This document shows, piece after piece, positions 8,213 to 18,439 of a DNA stretch of 64,000 bases. Source of the DNA: Candidatus Marinacidobacterium sp. (GTDB lineage Bacteria > Acidobacteriota > Vicinamibacteria > Marinacidobacterales > Marinacidobacteraceae); NCBI GenBank assembly GCA_965204755.1, contig OZ242011.1, forward strand, positions 2,784,001 through 2,848,000. The letters are read 5' to 3'. Each line of letters begins with the position of its first letter. Positions within the stretch are counted from its first letter, which is position 1. The notes below the pieces were generated by a model. That model had not been told where the DNA came from. It ran no database searches and saw only the letters and a program-made list of their open reading frames with translations. Both the position numbers and the translations under genes were made by a program.

Positions 8213-11200
8213 CTACGCCCCCGCTTCGGGGCTTGAAGGGTAGGTGAGGCGGAAGACGGAGTCGGCGAGCCAGCGGCGGAATGTCTCGTTTTCCGAGAAG
8301 TTCTTGTAGAGGTCGGTGTCGTCGGCGACGACTTCGTTCATCACCCGCCGGAGGGCGCGCTCCAACTCGACTTGCGCGTTCTGGCGGTCCCGGCGGCGGC
8401 GGGCGTTCTCGTAGGGCCGATCCTTCAGGACGCGCTTCGGGATGTCCTCGGTGATGAGCCGTCGGACGCGGTCGGCGTCCTTCCACTCGATGTTGCCGTA
8501 GTGCTCGTTGAAGGACTGGATGATCTTCGACAGCAGGTCCAACTCCGGCTCGGCCATCCCGCCGCCGCCCTCGACCGGGGTCGGGTCGAGCGCGCCCTCC
8601 TCGTCGGCGAGGGCGATTTCCATCTCCTGCTTCTTCTCGATCCGGTAACTCTCCATGTCGATGGCTTCGAGGATGCCCCGGGAGAGGTCGTCCTCGCGCG
8701 GCGCCGGGAGTTTGGGAACGAGGAGGTCGAAGAAGATGGCCCGCTCCTCCCACGCCGGGTTGCGGTAGCGGAGGATCGTGGCGAGGAAGTAGTAGGAGCG
8801 CAGGAACGCCTTGGCCTTGCCCTTGAAGTCCACCTGCCCGTCCTCGTCCAGTTCGCGCAGATAGACCTCGACGCAGCGGTCGAGGATCGGGTCGAGGCGC
8901 TCCCGCGGCGCGTCGTCCAGAAGAGCCCGCGCCACTTCGGACACCTGCTCCGGCGCATAGACCTGGAAGCCGTCGAGCGCCGACTGCAGGTCGTGGAGCC
9001 GGTCCGGGTCCGTTTCGTCGGAGAGGATCGTCGTCCGGTAGTACCGCTCGAAGGCCTCCCGGATGGCGTCCGACTGGTTCTGGAAGTCCAGCACGAACAC
9101 TTCGCGTTTCCCCGGGTGCGCCCGGTTCAGCCGGGAGAGCGTCTGGACGGCCTTGATGTCGGAGAGGTGCTTGTCCACATACATCGTGTGGAGCAGCGGT
9201 TCGTCGTAGCCGGTCTGGAACTTGTCCGCGCAGATCAGGAAGCGGTAGGGATCGTCGCGGAACCGTTGGGCCGTCTCCGACGCGGAGAACCCGTTCAGGC
9301 TCGCCTCGCTCACGGTCTCGCCGCCCCGCTTCCGCTCGCCGGAGAAGGCCGCGAGCGCCCGGTACGGGCTGCGTCGCTCCCGGAGGTAGGCGCTGATCGC
9401 GTCGTAGTAGGAGACCGCCCGATCCACGCCGTCGGTGACGACCATCGCCCGCGCCCGGTCGCCGATCTTGCCGCGCACCCGGTCGTGGAAGTGGTCCACC
9501 ATGATCTCGGCCTTCATGCGGACGGCGTGCTCGTGCCCTTCGACATAGCGCCGCAGTTTCTTCTGCGCCTTCTTCGCGTCGAACTCGGGATCGTCCTCGA
9601 TCTTCTTGGCGATGCGGTAGTAACTCTCGATCGGCAGGTAGTTGCGCACGACATCGAGGATGAACCCCTCCTCGATGGCCTGCTTCATCGGATAAGTGTG
9701 GAAGGGAGCATGTTCGACGCGCCCGTCCGGCTTCGGCTCGGGGTTCCCGAAGATCTCCAGCGTCCTGTTCTTCGGCGTCGCGGTGAACGCGAAGAAACTG
9801 GCGTTCTCCGGCAGTTGCCGCGACTCGATGATCCGGTTGATCTTGTCCTCGTAGGACTCCTCTTCGGGCTCGCCGTCCCCGTCGGCGAGCACCCGGGACA
9901 TCGCCGCCGTCGTCTTGCCGCCCTGACTGGAATGGGCTTCGTCGATGATGATGGCGAACCGGCGGGCACGGCCGCCGGCGTGGATGGCGTCCAGGATGTA
10001 GGGGAATTTCTGGACGGTGGAGATGACGATGGGTTTGCCTCCGTCGAGCAGCCGGCGGAGGTCCTTCGACTTCGCGGCGTGCCCGACGGTCGCGCCGACC
10101 TGGGCGAACTGCTTGATGGTGTCGCGGATCTGGCGGTCGAGGAGCACCCGGTCGGTGACGACGATCACCTGGTCGAAGATCCGCTCGTCGTCCTTGCGGA
10201 GACCGACCAGTTGGTGGGCGAGCCAGGCGATGGAGTTGGACTTCCCGCTGCCGGCGGAGTGCTGGATCAGGTACTTGCGCCCGGCGCCGTTCTCTGCGGC
10301 ATCCTCGAGCAGGCGGCGCACGGCGACCAGTTGGTGGAAGCGCGGCCAGATCGGAACGGGTTTGCTCCAGGTTTTCCCGCCGCCCGCCGGGCGGAGCGCC
10401 TGGGCGTAGTTCTCGATGATGTTGGTGAGGCTGCGGCGATCCAGGACCTGCTGCCAGAGGTAGTCGGTCTTGAGTCCGTCTTCGTTCGGCGGATTCCCGG
10501 CGCCGCCGTTCCATCCCTTGTTGAACGGCAGGAACACCGACTTGCCGCCGCGCAGGTGGGTGCAGAAGCGCACTTCGTGTTCGTCCACCGCGAAATGCGC
10601 GAGACAGCGCCCCGGCTGGAACAGCCGCTCGCGGCCGTCGCGGTCGGACTTGTACTGCTGCACCGCGTCGTGGACGGTCTGCTTCGTCAGGCTGTTCTTC
10701 AACTCGAAGGTGGCGACCGGGAGGCCGTTCACGAAGAGCGCGAGGTCGAGCGCCAGCCCGCTCCCGTTGCGGTATCGCAGTTGCCGGGTCACCGAGAAAC
10801 GGTTGCCGGTGTAGAGGACTACGCCCTGCTCGTTCCCCGGCGAGGGTATGCCGTAGAAGAGTGTGACCGCGTGGGCGCCGTGCTTCACGCCGTTCCGCAG
10901 CACTTCGATGACGCCGCGCTTCTCTATTTCCGTCCGGAGGCGCGTGAAGAACTTCCGGCGGACCGGGGTGGGGTGGTCCGCTTCGAGCGCGGCGTGGATC
11001 TCCGGCTGCGTCGCGTCGAGGAACGCCGCGAGTTGCGCCCAGTCCACGCAGAACTCGGGGTCGTAGTGGACGGGGTGGCCGCAGATCCAGCCCCGGTATC
11101 CCTCGCGCGGTTCGGCGACCTGTCCGGCGGGCGCGCCGTCCGGTTCGCAGGCCGAGCCGGTCAGCGCCTCGCAGATGCGCCGCTCGAGTCCGCGCTCGGT

Positions 11201-11215
11201 CAGGTCGGTGGGCAA
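8213..11215 (-). CDS. hsdR: Type I restriction endonuclease subunit R
   Basis: DLALFVNGLPVATFELKN nuclease motif; QHSAGSGKS, DEAH, FTATP and KFQTGYD helicase motifs. Confidence 0.95.
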   Translation of the reverse strand: MPTDLTERGLERRICEALTGSACEPDGAPAGQVAEPREGYRGWICGHPVHYDPEFCVDWAQLAAFLDATQPEIHAALEADHPTPVRRKFFTRLRTEIEKRGVIEVLRNGVKHGAHAVTLFYGIPSPGNEQGVVLYTGNRFSVTRQLRYRNGSGLALDLALFVNGLPVATFELKNSLTKQTVHDAVQQYKSDRDGRERLFQPGRCLAHFAVDEHEVRFCTHLRGGKSVFLPFNKGWNGGAGNPPNEDGLKTDYLWQQVLDRRSLTNIIENYAQALRPAGGGKTWSKPVPIWPRFHQLVAVRRLLEDAAENGAGRKYLIQHSAGSGKSNSIAWLAHQLVGLRKDDERIFDQVIVVTDRVLLDRQIRDTIKQFAQVGATVGHAAKSKDLRRLLDGGKPIVISTVQKFPYILDAIHAGGRARRFAIIIDEAHSSQGGKTTAAMSRVLADGDGEPEEESYEDKINRIIESRQLPENASFFAFTATPKNRTLEIFGNPEPKPDGRVEHAPFHTYPMKQAIEEGFILDVVRNYLPIESYYRIAKKIEDDPEFDAKKAQKKLRRYVEGHEHAVRMKAEIMVDHFHDRVRGKIGDRARAMVVTDGVDRAVSYYDAISAYLRERRSPYRALAAFSGERKRGGETVSEASLNGFSASETAQRFRDDPYRFLICADKFQTGYDEPLLHTMYVDKHLSDIKAVQTLSRLNRAHPGKREVFVLDFQNQSDAIREAFERYYRTTILSDETDPDRLHDLQSALDGFQVYAPEQVSEVARALLDDAPRERLDPILDRCVEVYLRELDEDGQVDFKGKAKAFLRSYYFLATILRYRNPAWEERAIFFDLLVPKLPAPREDDLSRGILEAIDMESYRIEKKQEMEIALADEEGALDPTPVEGGGGMAEPELDLLSKIIQSFNEHYGNIEWKDADRVRRLITEDIPKRVLKDRPYENARRRRDRQNAQVELERALRRVMNEVVADDTDLYKNFSENETFRRWLADSVFRLTYPSSPEAGA

Positions 11216-11424
11216 GTTGGGTGTCGGGACGCGTTTCGGCGTCGGCGCGCCGGGCGCGGCGCGCCCGGAAGGCGCGAGATTCTACGGAGCCACCCGGCTC
11301 GGAGCGCCCGGCGGCCGACGCCACCGGCGATCAGAAGGGGCCGGATCAAGCCCGCCCGGGATGGGGGCCGCACCGACGCCGAGCGCCCGTTTTTCGGGTT
11401 TCTTTTCGGCAAGACCGCCTGAAC

Positions 11425-12060
11425 TATTAATAGCAAGTCGTTGAATAATCGGGACTATGGAGGATTCCTTTTCGGCAAGACCTCCCGTTTCGGGGCCGTA
11501 CGCCGAAAAGGATTCCGGCTCACTGCCCGGGCTCGGCCAGCGACTTGCCCGGCGGACGCCGCGACCGGTTCGGAGCGCGGAAACGAGAGCGAGTCCGGAG
11601 CGAGGCGGGCGCCGGGCCGGACCGGCCGGGTGGGCGGCCGACCGGGGCCGAATCGCCGATTTTATTAATAGGCCGCCCCCCGGATTATTAATAGCAAGTC
11701 GTTGAAAAACAGGGGTTATGAAGGGTTTCTTTTCGGCAAGACCTCCCGTTTCGGGGCCGTACGCCGAAAAGGATTCCGGCTCGCCGCCCGGGCTCGGCCA
11801 GCGACCTGCCCGGCGGACGCCTCAACCGGTTTGGAGCGCGAAAACGAGAGCGAGTCCGGAGCGAGGCGGCCACCGGGCCGGACCGGCCGGGTGGGCGCCC
11901 GACCGGGGGCCGGAACGCCGATTTTATTAATAGGCCGGCCCCCGGACTATTAATAGCAAGTCGTTGAAAAACAGGAGTTGTGACCGGTTTCTTTTCGGCA
12001 AGACCCCCCGTTTCGGGGCCGTACGCCGAAAAGGATTCCGCTCACTGTCTGGGCTCGGCC
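11425..12060. repeat. Tandem repeat, 261/262-bp period, two full copies plus a partial third
   Basis: TATTAATAGCAAGTCGTTGAA starts at 11425, 11686 and 11948, each followed by TTTTCGGCAAGAC..GCCGAAAAGGATTCC. Confidence 0.95.
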
Positions 12061-13325
12061 ACCGTCCAGAGGGGTTTCTTGCGGCTGCCCCGATTGACGA
12101 TCCGACCGGTGCGGCGCAACTCCTGGATCAGGTTCTGCGTGAGGACGCGCTGCCTCTCCTCCGAGAGTCCGCCGGGAAGGTAGGCGGCCATCGCGCGGTC
12201 TATCTCGCGTCGGCCGATCGGGCCCCGGCTCCGAACCAGCGCGAGCAGCCGATTCCGTTGCCGCGCCCGGTTCGAGGCGGCCGAAGCGCTGTCGCCGGTC
12301 CCGCTCGCGTTGGCGACCCGCAGTCCCGGGCCGAAGTCCGAGATCAGCCCCTCCGCCGACAGCCGCCGCCGCGCCTCGTCGTCGATGGGCAGCCCCTTCT
12401 GCACCCGGTCGAGCAGGACGACATCCTCGAGAGGAAGGTCGGGTCGGTCGAAGAGCGTCCGGTTGTAGTCCTCTTCGATGATGCGGCCGGGGATCTCGAC
12501 ATGCACCTCGTCCGGCCGCGACAGGTCGTAGTCGGGAAGCGCGAACGACCGCTTCTGCTGCGTCTCGAACATCCGCCGGATACCGCCGCCCTGCGTCTCG
12601 ATCAGGTCCAGTCGAACCATGGCCTGCCCCAGGAAGGGATTGCGGTACGAGAACGGGGCGTTTCGCCGAATCGCCGTCTCGACATCGCCGGGCAGGAACC
12701 GGCCGAGATTGGAGAACACCCCCCGGTCCGGAAACTCCGTGACGACGATGCGCCCGCCCCGCCGGTGGTCCTGATGGGCGATCGCGTTGTGGAGCGCTTC
12801 CCGCAGGATCCACTCGTCGTACTGGGCAACGGGCATGACGGCGCCGGTCCCGTTCGGCAGGAACATCAGCGTCAGGTTGCGGATCCATTCCAGCAGGCGG
12901 TCCGCGGCGAAGAGGAGGGGCGGATCCAGGTGTTCGGAAGCGAGCGTCTTCTCGTCGCCGTCCTTGAGGATCCACGAGATTCGGCTCACCGCCGACGGAC
13001 GGAGCAGGGAACCGGCCTCGCTCCTGCCGACCAGCAGCACTCCCGCATTCGTAACCGCCGCTTGCCGGAGGAGCCCGGCCTTCCCCAGAAAGGTGGCGTC
13101 GTCCCACTCGGCCTCGGCCTCGGCCGCCGCCGGATGCCGGGCGGCGAAGCCGCGCCGCGCCGCCGCCACGACCTCGGGGTCGAGGTCGTCGAGCGTGGCC
13201 CCGTCGCAGATCTCGCCCGACCAGTCCCTCCCGGCGATCTGTTCCGGCGCGTCGCCGCCACCCGTGAATCCCAGCCACTCCGCCTCCGCCGGAAGTCCCG
13301 GCGTCGAACCCAGTTGCCCCATCAC
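12042..13325 (-). CDS. ATP-binding (HATPase_c_4/RecG-C-like) + wHTH protein; N-terminal AlbA_2 domain apparently absent
   Basis: LREALHNAIAH, YRNPFL..MVRLDLIETQGGGI motifs; begins at the ATLDDLD linker. Confidence 0.7.
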   Translation of the reverse strand: MMGQLGSTPGLPAEAEWLGFTGGGDAPEQIAGRDWSGEICDGATLDDLDPEVVAAARRGFAARHPAAAEAEAEWDDATFLGKAGLLRQAAVTNAGVLLVGRSEAGSLLRPSAVSRISWILKDGDEKTLASEHLDPPLLFAADRLLEWIRNLTLMFLPNGTGAVMPVAQYDEWILREALHNAIAHQDHRRGGRIVVTEFPDRGVFSNLGRFLPGDVETAIRRNAPFSYRNPFLGQAMVRLDLIETQGGGIRRMFETQQKRSFALPDYDLSRPDEVHVEIPGRIIEEDYNRTLFDRPDLPLEDVVLLDRVQKGLPIDDEARRRLSAEGLISDFGPGLRVANASGTGDSASAASNRARQRNRLLALVRSRGPIGRREIDRAMAAYLPGGLSEERQRVLTQNLIQELRRTGRIVNRGSRKKPLWTVAEPRQ

Positions 13326-14749
13326 GCACCCGACTCCTTCGGTTCCGACAGGCCGTCTGCCGCCTCGCGCACATCCAATCTCCCGGTCACCACATCGGCG
13401 ATCAGTCTAGCCCGATACTCCTTCAACAACTCGACCTCTCGCCTGACCGCGGTAATGGCGGCCTCGATGTCAGCGGTCACCTTGTCGAGGTGTCGAACGA
13501 TGGTTGCCTGCTCAACGATCGGGGGCGTCGGTACTCGCACTCCGCCCAGACTCGAAGCCGACAGTTCGGAGAAAGTCGTGCCGCGTCCAAGCGATTCCAG
13601 TTCGTCCTTCAACACCGCAACCAGATAGTACAGATACTCCGACCGAATCCTTCTCGGCACAAGTGTCCGGCATCCCTGGTTGGTGCACGCCGTAGAGGAC
13701 AAAATGGCTACATGCCCGATCGGTGCTCGGGTGGACAGGACAACACTACCTGCTGGTGCCGTAGTCGCGCCGCACGCCGCATAGCCGTCCGCCGTGATGG
13801 ATCGCGCGCCACTCGAGATGGTGCGTCCTGAAGACGCACCGAGATCATCCGGCGTAATCCAGCGAATCGGCCCATCCCAGTAGGAGGGGACCGATGTGGA
13901 CGGTGTGCCCCCGTTGAGTATCTGAGCCACGGCCTTCACTCTCTGCACTGACCAGTGCTCCGGAACATCACCGAGCCACGGCACGCCTGAGGCCCGAAGA
14001 TGAACGCCCTCATCGATGCCCCGCGTCACGGCTCTACGCAACACGACCTGTCGCTCTTCATCAAGGGAATCAGTGATGCGCTGCCTCCCCGCGATAATCT
14101 CTCGAATTCGCCGATCCACCTGTTCGACGAATCGAACGATGCTTTTCTGTTCGAGAGCCGGGGGTACGGGAAGTCTCTGGCACCCGAAGTCGCTCCACCG
14201 AAAATCGCACGATCGTTCGCGAATACCCTTTGCAAGCGCCGCGATCCAGCCTGTTCGCGCCATTTCCCGTAGGAGGTACCCGTAGTAGTGAGCATTCACG
14301 TTAGGGCGCGGACTGCATACACAGTAGACGGGTGTGGCCTTGCCGTCAGCGTCGGAGACACCGATTGCGCCGGCGAAAGCATCCATCGTATGGATTACGA
14401 GGTCGCCATTCCGAACGCCTTGATATCCGATCTCCTTTAGCGACTCGGTGAAGCCATCAGTTCTCCGGGAGTGGCGAGTCGTTACGGTGCCGTCCCGGAA
14501 GCACGTGATCGTCCGGTCGCCATCGCGAACTGCGCGATTCATGTGCAGGAACAAGTGCTTGGCACGGAGAACGGACCAGTGTTTCCGTGTGGCCGGAAAC
14601 CACAGCGACTCTCGCGGTGATGCGCGGAACCCACTCCTGCGCGGTCTTGGTTCGTGGCGGTGGGAGGCAGGTGTCACGGTGCTGTGGGGTTTGTGGTGTT
14701 GGGCGTCCGCGTTATCCGACTTCCACTTGTGGTAGTTCTTCTTGGGCAT
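13322..14749 (-). CDS. hsdS: Type I R-M specificity subunit
   Basis: Two TRDs separated by PP..EQ..IV conserved regions; SGVPWLGDVPEHW; LIADVVTGRLDVR. Confidence 0.92.
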   Translation of the reverse strand: MPKKNYHKWKSDNADAQHHKPHSTVTPASHRHEPRPRRSGFRASPRESLWFPATRKHWSVLRAKHLFLHMNRAVRDGDRTITCFRDGTVTTRHSRRTDGFTESLKEIGYQGVRNGDLVIHTMDAFAGAIGVSDADGKATPVYCVCSPRPNVNAHYYGYLLREMARTGWIAALAKGIRERSCDFRWSDFGCQRLPVPPALEQKSIVRFVEQVDRRIREIIAGRQRITDSLDEERQVVLRRAVTRGIDEGVHLRASGVPWLGDVPEHWSVQRVKAVAQILNGGTPSTSVPSYWDGPIRWITPDDLGASSGRTISSGARSITADGYAACGATTAPAGSVVLSTRAPIGHVAILSSTACTNQGCRTLVPRRIRSEYLYYLVAVLKDELESLGRGTTFSELSASSLGGVRVPTPPIVEQATIVRHLDKVTADIEAAITAVRREVELLKEYRARLIADVVTGRLDVREAADGLSEPKESGA

Positions 14750-15383
14750 CGCGGCGCGATGCTGCTATGGCCTTGTCGAGCTCTGGCTTGCCTCCGATTA
14801 CAAGAAGGCCCATGAGCCTATTTTTGGCAACGCCTTCGTTACTTTCTCCAAGATCACGGCGAATCGCGCGCAGAAGGTCGTCGAGTGCAGGTAGCATGCT
14901 GTGTCCACTGGAGTCTTGTCCTGCCGCAGGTGTGCCTGACTCGCGCCAGCGTGCAAAAGCGTTTACGACTTCCGGGCTTCCGTAGATCATGACCGTCATC
15001 ATGAGTTCTTCGAGAGATTGCACTAGTCGGCTCGGAGTTTTGTCGTTAGCCGTCTTCTTGGCGCGACCTTGAGGCGTCTGCTTGATCATTTTCATGACGG
15101 ATGTGAGCACCGTGAGGAAACTGTTGTAGGCGTCAACCTTCTTGCTCCGGTTCATTTCTCGATCCGCTTGTTCTCTTGTGCGATGAGCGCTGTAGGTCAC
15201 GAGCCATACGGATGCGCCGGCGGTGAACGAGGCAGTCGTTAGCGCCGGAAGCCACTGCGTGTTTGTCGTGATGTCAGTACCAAGAAGCCAAGCAAGAACA
15301 TAGTGGGTTGCAGCGTAGGCGAGCGGTACGAACACGAGTGGACCGATAAGGATCGCCAAGAGCGGGAGGAGGAAACGCTTCAT
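14712..15383 (-). CDS. Hypothetical membrane protein inserted between hsdM and hsdS
   Basis: Two N-terminal hydrophobic helices; lower GC than flanks. Confidence 0.65.
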   Translation of the reverse strand: MKRFLLPLLAILIGPLVFVPLAYAATHYVLAWLLGTDITTNTQWLPALTTASFTAGASVWLVTYSAHRTREQADREMNRSKKVDAYNSFLTVLTSVMKMIKQTPQGRAKKTANDKTPSRLVQSLEELMMTVMIYGSPEVVNAFARWRESGTPAAGQDSSGHSMLPALDDLLRAIRRDLGESNEGVAKNRLMGLLVIGGKPELDKAIAASRRDAQEELPQVEVG

Positions 15384-15441
15384 GACCTGTTGCGGGTGCC
15401 GCTGGAGGGCTTGTAGAGAAAAACGTCGAGTGAAAGTAGGG

Positions 15442-17580
15442 CTAGCGTGTCGGTGTGTCAAGCAGAAGGCCGAGGAGGTGATCGGTCTTCCGACGCGTCT
15501 CGAGGAGGTCGGCGCGAATTTCCTCCGAGGAACGCATCGGTTCGGGCAGGAAGAAGTGGCGTGCAAAACTAATCTCATAGCCGACTTTTACGCTCTCTGG
15601 GTCGTACCACGCGCCAGAAGCCCATGGAAGGACTTCGCGGGTGAGGAAGCCCTCGATGCCACCCTCCTCGATGAGCGGGATCTGCTCGGTGTCGTGGAGG
15701 TCGGGGTCGGGCTCGTACTCGACCAGGGGTGCCAGTCGCCCCATCGTGCTCGCGAACCGCCCGTGGATCGGGTCGGCTGCCGACTTACCGGCGGGGCGGC
15801 GCTCCCGGATCACCGGTTCCGCTTCGGGGTCGCGTTCCGTGAGGGCGCGGAGCGACTTGCGCCGCTTGGCCGTCATGCGGAGACTGGCTTTCGCCGCTGC
15901 CGACTCGACGGCTTCGACGAACCGATTCCAGTCGAGGCAGCGGGTCTCGCCAATCTCCTCCGCCGCCCGGTCCACCGCGTGGGCCAACGGCTCGTCCCCG
16001 GCCTCGCGACAGGACGCCCGAAACCGCTCGCGGGCCTCCGGCGTGAGATCCACGGCCAACCGCAGCGGGCGCTCGACGGTTACCTTCCAGTAGCCGAAGG
16101 CCTCGTTCGGGAAGATCTTGGACTGTTCGGTCTCCTCGAACGCGTCGAAGGCGGCGCAGATGCGCTCGATGTCCTCCTCGCCGAGTTCGCAGGTCTTCTT
16201 CCCGAGGTTCTTGCGGAGCGGGCGGAACCACTCGACCGCGTTGATCAACTGCACCTTGCCTTTCCGCCGCTCCTCCTTCCGGTTCGTCAGCACCCAGACA
16301 TAGGTCGCGATCCCGGTGTTGTAGAACATGTTGAGCGGCAGGGCGACGATGGCTTCCAGCCAGTCGTTCTCGATGATCCAGCGGCGGATGTTGCTCTCGC
16401 CCTGGCCGGCGTCGCCGGTGAACAGCGAACTCCCGTTGTGGACTTCGGCGATGCGGCTGCCGAGGTCGGTGCTCGTCTTCATCTTGCTCACCAGGTTGGC
16501 GAGGAAGAGCATCTGCCCGTCGCTGACCCGCGTGACCATCGAGTATTCCGGGTCGCCGCCGTGGCTCACCCGGAATCTCTGGTCGGCGAGTTCGCGCTTG
16601 CCGCCCATGCGCTCGAGGTCGGTCTTCCAACTCTTGCCGTACGGCGGGTTCGACAGCATGAAGTCGAACTGCTTGTCGGGGAAGGCGTCGGCGGAGAGGG
16701 TGGAATGCCCCGGGCCGCCCCGGATGTTGTCCGCTTCCTCGCCCTGGCCCTTCAACAGCAAGTCGGCTTTGCAGATGGCGTAGGTTTCGGCGTTGATCTC
16801 CTGCCCGTAGAGGTGGGGAGCGACTTCCTTCCCGCGTTCGGCGGCGAGTTTTCGCAGCGTCTCTTCGGCCACGGTCAGCATCCCGCCGGTGCCGCAGGCG
16901 CCGTCGTAGAGCAGGTAGGTGCCGGACTCGATCCGGTCGGCCACCGGGCGGAAGATCAGGTTCGCCATCAACTGCACGGCGTCGCGGGGCGTCCAGTGTT
17001 CTCCCGCCTCTTCGTTGTTGTCCTCGTTGAACCGCCGCACCAACTCCTCGAAGACCGTTCCCATGCCGTGGTTGTCGAGGCCGGGATGCCGTTCGGAACC
17101 GTCGGCGTTCAGCACCGGTTCCGGGCTCAGGTTGATGTCCGGCGAAGTGAACTTCTCGATCAGCCCGCCCAGCGCGTCGGCCTCGGCGAGGACGGGGATC
17201 TGGTTGCGGAACTTGAAGTTGTCGATGATGTCCTGCACATTCGGGGAGAAGCCGTCGAGGTAGGCCTCGAAGTCGGCGCGGAGCGTTTGCGCCGTGCGCG
17301 ACGCCCGCAGGTCGCTCATGGTGAACGCCGAGGTGTTGTAGAACGGGCGTCCGGCGGCGGCGCGGAGCGGCGGATCCACTTCGCTGATATCCGCCGCTTC
17401 GAGTTGCTCCTTCAGGTCGAGGACCGCCTGCTTCGTGTCCCCCAGCACGGCGTCCAGCCGCCGGAGGACGGTCATCGGGAGGATGACGGTGCGGTACTCC
17501 CCCCGGCGGAAGACATCCCGGAGCACATCGTCGGCGACCCGCCAGAGGAAGCCGGCGATCCAAGTCAGTCGGTCCTGCAC
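15442..17580 (-). CDS. hsdM: Type I R-M N6-adenine methyltransferase
   Basis: GEHWTPRD, YDGACGTGGML and SNPPY motifs. Confidence 0.95.
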   Translation of the reverse strand: MQDRLTWIAGFLWRVADDVLRDVFRRGEYRTVILPMTVLRRLDAVLGDTKQAVLDLKEQLEAADISEVDPPLRAAAGRPFYNTSAFTMSDLRASRTAQTLRADFEAYLDGFSPNVQDIIDNFKFRNQIPVLAEADALGGLIEKFTSPDINLSPEPVLNADGSERHPGLDNHGMGTVFEELVRRFNEDNNEEAGEHWTPRDAVQLMANLIFRPVADRIESGTYLLYDGACGTGGMLTVAEETLRKLAAERGKEVAPHLYGQEINAETYAICKADLLLKGQGEEADNIRGGPGHSTLSADAFPDKQFDFMLSNPPYGKSWKTDLERMGGKRELADQRFRVSHGGDPEYSMVTRVSDGQMLFLANLVSKMKTSTDLGSRIAEVHNGSSLFTGDAGQGESNIRRWIIENDWLEAIVALPLNMFYNTGIATYVWVLTNRKEERRKGKVQLINAVEWFRPLRKNLGKKTCELGEEDIERICAAFDAFEETEQSKIFPNEAFGYWKVTVERPLRLAVDLTPEARERFRASCREAGDEPLAHAVDRAAEEIGETRCLDWNRFVEAVESAAAKASLRMTAKRRKSLRALTERDPEAEPVIRERRPAGKSAADPIHGRFASTMGRLAPLVEYEPDPDLHDTEQIPLIEEGGIEGFLTREVLPWASGAWYDPESVKVGYEISFARHFFLPEPMRSSEEIRADLLETRRKTDHLLGLLLDTPTR

Positions 17581-17758
17581 GGGCGCCTATTCTCCCACCG
17601 GAGCGGCCCGGCCCGGAACCCCGCGCCGGGTTCGCCGGGCCGGCGCCGGAGGCCGGGCGGGGGACTCCCGGCGCGATCCGCGCCGCCGGGCGCCCGGCCG
17701 CCGGGGGGCGGCTCTACGATTCCCGGCGTTCGCGCCGCCGCGCGCGGGAAGGGTCGCC

Positions 17759-18295
17759 ATGAATCCAGAAGCGCCGGATCTCCGGTATCCCATCGGGCGG
17801 TTCTCGCGGCCCGACGCCGTCACGCCGGACCAGGTCGCCGCCTGGACGGACGACCTCGAAGCGCTGCCCGGCGACCTCCGCCGGACTGTCTCGGCGCTGA
17901 CCGACGCGCAACTCGACACCCCGTATCGCCCCGGCGGCTGGACGGCGCGGCAGGTCGTCCACCACCTGGCCGACAGCCACATGCACAGTTTCCTCCGCTT
18001 CAAGCGGGCGCTGACCGAGGATCGCCCGGCGATCCACGCCTACGACCCCGGCGGCTGGGCGATGCTGCCGGACAGTCGGCAGGCGGTCGCCGATCCGCTC
18101 GACCTGCTCGCCGCGCTGCACCGCCGCTGGGTGGGCCTGCTGCGCAGCCTGGGTTGGGAACAACTGCAGCGCGAGTACGTGCATGTCCGATCGGGCCCGG
18201 CGACGCTGGCGGTTACCGCGGGCCTCTACGCCTGGCACGGCCGGCACCATCTCGCCCACATCGAGCGGCTGATGGAACGCGAAGGCTGGCGCTGA
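17759..18295 (+). CDS. YfiT/DinB-family putative bacillithiol S-transferase / metal hydrolase
   Basis: DLRYPIG, YRPGGWT.RQVVHHLADSH and YAWHGRHHLAHI. Confidence 0.88.
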   Translation: MNPEAPDLRYPIGRFSRPDAVTPDQVAAWTDDLEALPGDLRRTVSALTDAQLDTPYRPGGWTARQVVHHLADSHMHSFLRFKRALTEDRPAIHAYDPGGWAMLPDSRQAVADPLDLLAALHRRWVGLLRSLGWEQLQREYVHVRSGPATLAVTAGLYAWHGRHHLAHIERLMEREGWR

Positions 18296-18439
18296 GGCCG
18301 CGCCGGGCGGCCGTCGCCGAGTCGCACACTTCCCCCGGGGGGATCCGCGATCGCCGGGGAGGGCGCATGGCCCGGAATGGGTGCGCTGCCGCTGTCGCCC
18401 AAGGGCGACCGTGACGGAGGCCGGCGGAACGCCGGGCCG

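Noticed and set aside
7899-11422. 1141-aa and 1016-aa ORFs overlapping hsdR (likewise 348-2879, 15382-18414, 43232-46255, 51670-54072, 59143-62832)
   Set aside because: Shadow frames of GC-rich genes: Arg/Pro/Gly-rich or antisense, with no domain motifs.
11441-12183. Small repeated ORFs in the 261-bp tandem repeat
   Set aside because: No RBS, and the frames are not preserved between units; more likely non-coding.
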